64,000 nucleotides of DNA from Camelus ferus. Its lineage: Eukaryota. Below, piece by piece: positions 60,906 through 64,000 of this stretch (its first letter is position 1; every line of letters starts with the position of its first letter). A program made the position numbers and the translations under genes. The stretch covers positions 8,370,001 through 8,434,000 of the forward strand of contig NC_045703.1 of assembly GCF_009834535.1 (NCBI RefSeq), written 5' to 3'. Below the pieces are notes generated by a model, which searched no databases, was not told the origin of the DNA, and saw only the letters and a list, made by a program, of their open reading frames with translations.

Positions 60906-63344
60906 AAAATATATAACATGTTTGCTTAGAGATTGACAAAAAATAAATTCAAAGATCTACATATGTAGTTTTAGACTGTATTTGTTTCTTCTTTCCTTGT
61001 TTTTAATATTATTCACTTTTTAAGTACTCTAATTTCCTTGTAAGACACATTTCTCTCCTATCGACAGAATAAGTGACACAACAAAACTTCCTCCTAAAAT
61101 ATTCAGAACCTAGTATTTCATTAATATAAAACATTTTTCTTGATTACTTTCTTAATGGGTGATTAAAGATATTGATTGCCTGGTGGCATAGCTACAAAAT
61201 GATAAATTCATGGTATTTGCTTATGGAATTGGTACAAAAAGCATTTTGGTTCTAATGTCCAATATAATTATAAAGGAATCAAATTTACTATTATCATTCA
61301 TTTCGATGCAGGAAGTACATCAATCAGATGCTTCAGTTTACCGAAATGGCTCAAGTTTATAAATATCCAAAGAAATGTTATAATTTGAGCATTATTTTTT
61401 GTGATGACTTTAAAAACAGACTTTCATCCTATCCTTTGTGAAAAAGCAGGTTAATTAAACTTCGTCATTAAGCACACAGCTTTCACTGCACAAAGAAAAG
61501 TCAGCTAAATGACACATGAGCTTTCTGTCAAGAGAATTATCTTATATGCTACATATAACATGCATAAATATGCATGTCTGTGATTTAAATTTTTGTATCT
61601 TATGATCTCTAATGTCAAAGCACATTGGATGGGTTCCAGTAAGACCAATCAGAGTCAATGAACAAAAATATCTCCTAAATAATACACATGCATGATTGTG
61701 TGTGAGTATATTAAAATTGTAAGGAGAAAACCATTGCTCTAATTTCACAATTCAATATCTATTTAACTATTTACATAACATTTACATTCGACCAAGTGGG
61801 ATGTATATCCAGTGGGTAAAGAGTAAAGGAAAAGTTATCAACACCAAAATCTTGAAGTGTTAGAAAATCTGGACTACTCTATTGCCAGGAGAAATATACA
61901 GCGTATTTTAACATCATTATAATGGATGATAAGAGATGGGACTCAAACCAAGTTCAAGACTGACTCACAGTAACTCTGCACAATTTCTAATTCATATCCG
62001 TAATTCTGCTACTTGTCATCTCAAAAAACAAACTGTTCGTTCCTTTATGGAACAGGCTGTTACCATTCAAAAAATGATAAAAACCATGGACCAAAGATCA
62101 GAAGAATTATCCTTCCAGAGCCTCCTATACCCCTTTACATTTTTCCTCTTTTATTTTTGTTTATCTTCTATAGCAGGATGTGTGTTGAGACTGAATGAAA
62201 TTAGAGGAATCCTAAGGTACTTTGTTACAGCACAGCACACAAATTAAAACTACTAGGCAAAAACATGTTTATTGTACGTCTATCTGTAGTGTATACATAA
62301 AAGCCAACTCAGTTCTGAGACTGAGTTTTTAATTTGAGACCAGGCAGGGTATTTTAACACTGAGTACTGTGATCGGCACATGAGTTAATAAATAACAAAT
62401 ATTGCTTTGGTTATAATATGATAAAAACATTCATACATTTTAATTCATTTTAATATTTTACAAGCGCATTCTTTTCATAGATGGGAAATAACATGTGAAG
62501 CCTAAGAATTGAGGTAAAAATATTAACTTCCGATTAATACAGTGAAAATGCCACTTTGAAATAGTTTTCCCGTATTGTAGAAGTTTATTTTGGAGAGTTT
62601 TATGCCTCTAAAGGGCACATATGTTCAGTTCCACCCCTAAATTATATTTAATAACAGAGATAACTCTGGAATCAGTCAGCAATAATTTGCTATACAGCAG
62701 AGCCTTAGAAAGCTTAATTTTACCTAATTTAACAGTCAGGGACAAGAAACATTATTTAATATGACTTATTATCTAGGCATTAAAATAAAATGGGAACATA
62801 AACTTGTTAAATTTAATCATTAACCATATAATCTGTGAAATAATAAATACTATGTGTACAGATGCAAAATCACTGAATTGTCATTCACAATTGAATTCCT
62901 GTCAGTACAAGTTCCTAGCACATAAAACTTTGGGTCCTCAAATACTTTTTGGTGATTTCATGCAAAATCCACACCAATGTTCACACCACAATTTGATGGC
63001 AAACAATGAATAATTAAGTAGCAGATTTGTGCCCCTTGGACGCAAGGCCTGAGGCAGGGTTAGAGGCATCTCCAAGCTATTGGTCTTCAGCAAAAACCTC
63101 TTCAATAATCCTAAATGACTTAAATTCCAGTTTTTGATGTTGGCCCAGGGCACACACACAAAGGGTCATTCCTTGGAAGAATTATGTTATCTCCAACTCT
63201 AAGAGATTTATTAGAAGTGGCTGTTCTACAAATGCACCTTAGAAATTTCATTCTCAAAATTCCCATTGGTCCACATGTTGCTCTGTTTTTATCCTGGAAC
63301 CAACAATATCACTGTCTCTCTCTCTCTGGTATATTAATGTGATA

Positions 63345-63392
63345 TAAATACATACTATTATTCAAGTATTCAAGTAAATACATACTATTATT
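63345..63392. repeat. Direct repeat taaatacatactattatt, 30-bp period
   Basis: 18-mer at 63345-63362 and 63375-63392. Confidence 0.8.
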
Positions 63393-63877
63393 GATTAAGT
63401 AAATCAGATATCAAGAATTTTGCTTTCAGAAATTACTTATACTTAATAGAACCTCCAGAGTTGCATTACCTCTAGAGAAAGATTTGCTTGAGGATCTATG
63501 CTTCTGTGTCTCTGATTTATAACCTTAGAGGACAGGAAAGAAGGCTCGAGCTGGCCTGGGAAAGGAGAATTTTGTAAACATATTTCGCAGAGGTGATACC
63601 TCTCTGGTTGTACGTATTGTTTGGTGAATTTGAGAGCTAACTTTTAGAATGTCAACCCTACCACCAGACAATTCCAAGAAGCATTTATGTGAACCTCAGT
63701 ATCAACATTTCTGGCTGAACTCTGAGCCCATTCAGTGATTCTGATAATCCCTTGACTTGGGAGATAATAAATCCCACAGCATGCAACTGTTCCTTCAAGG
63801 GTAGGAGAAGATAATGTGCGTGAAACTTCTGTATAAACTATAAAGCACCACAGAAATGCAAGTTGTCATGAGAGTGT

Positions 63878-63995
63878 AAAAATATACACTGAAAAGGATT
63901 TCCAATAAAAACATGGATAAGTATTTGTCAATTTACAAAAATATATGCTGAAAAGGATTTCCAATAATAATATTGATAAGTATTTGTTGATTCGT
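63878..63995. repeat. 59-bp tandem repeat, 2 copies
   Basis: ctgaaaaggatttccaataa at 63889 and 63948; gataagtatttgt repeated at the same offset. Confidence 0.85.
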
Positions 63996-64000
63996 AAAAA

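Noticed and set aside
1-64000. CRISPR array, operon, nested gene or other non-eukaryotic system
   Set aside because: No repeat-spacer array, no long ORF and no processed pseudogene found; the window is explained by RIMS1 exons, introns and mammalian repeats.

Overview
Mammalian genomic DNA, almost certainly camelid given ten copies of a tRNA-Ala-derived Vic-1-type SINE. The window is the interior of the presynaptic active-zone gene RIMS1 on the minus strand. I located 19 coding exons with GT-AG boundaries and consistent phases, from the DLDYYWLDPATW exon (58383-58450) through PDZ, C2A and the alternatively spliced linker to the RIM-BP-binding RQLPQVP exon (3673-3785). One required PDZ exon is absent from the readable sequence and most likely lies in the 244-N gap (51188-51431). 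The rest is intron containing SINEs, L1 3' fragments, L2, MIR, a MER21-like LTR, a MER33-like DNA element and simple repeats. I found no prokaryotic-type system and no second gene. The most interesting signals concern splicing: eight symmetric phase-2 cassette exons, several candidate unannotated exons (in-frame, poison, microexon or terminal), NOVA and RBFOX motif clusters, and a perfect steroid-response palindrome inside a coding exon. Candidate exons are predictions from sequence alone. Protein identities are from memory of RIMS1, not from a database search.
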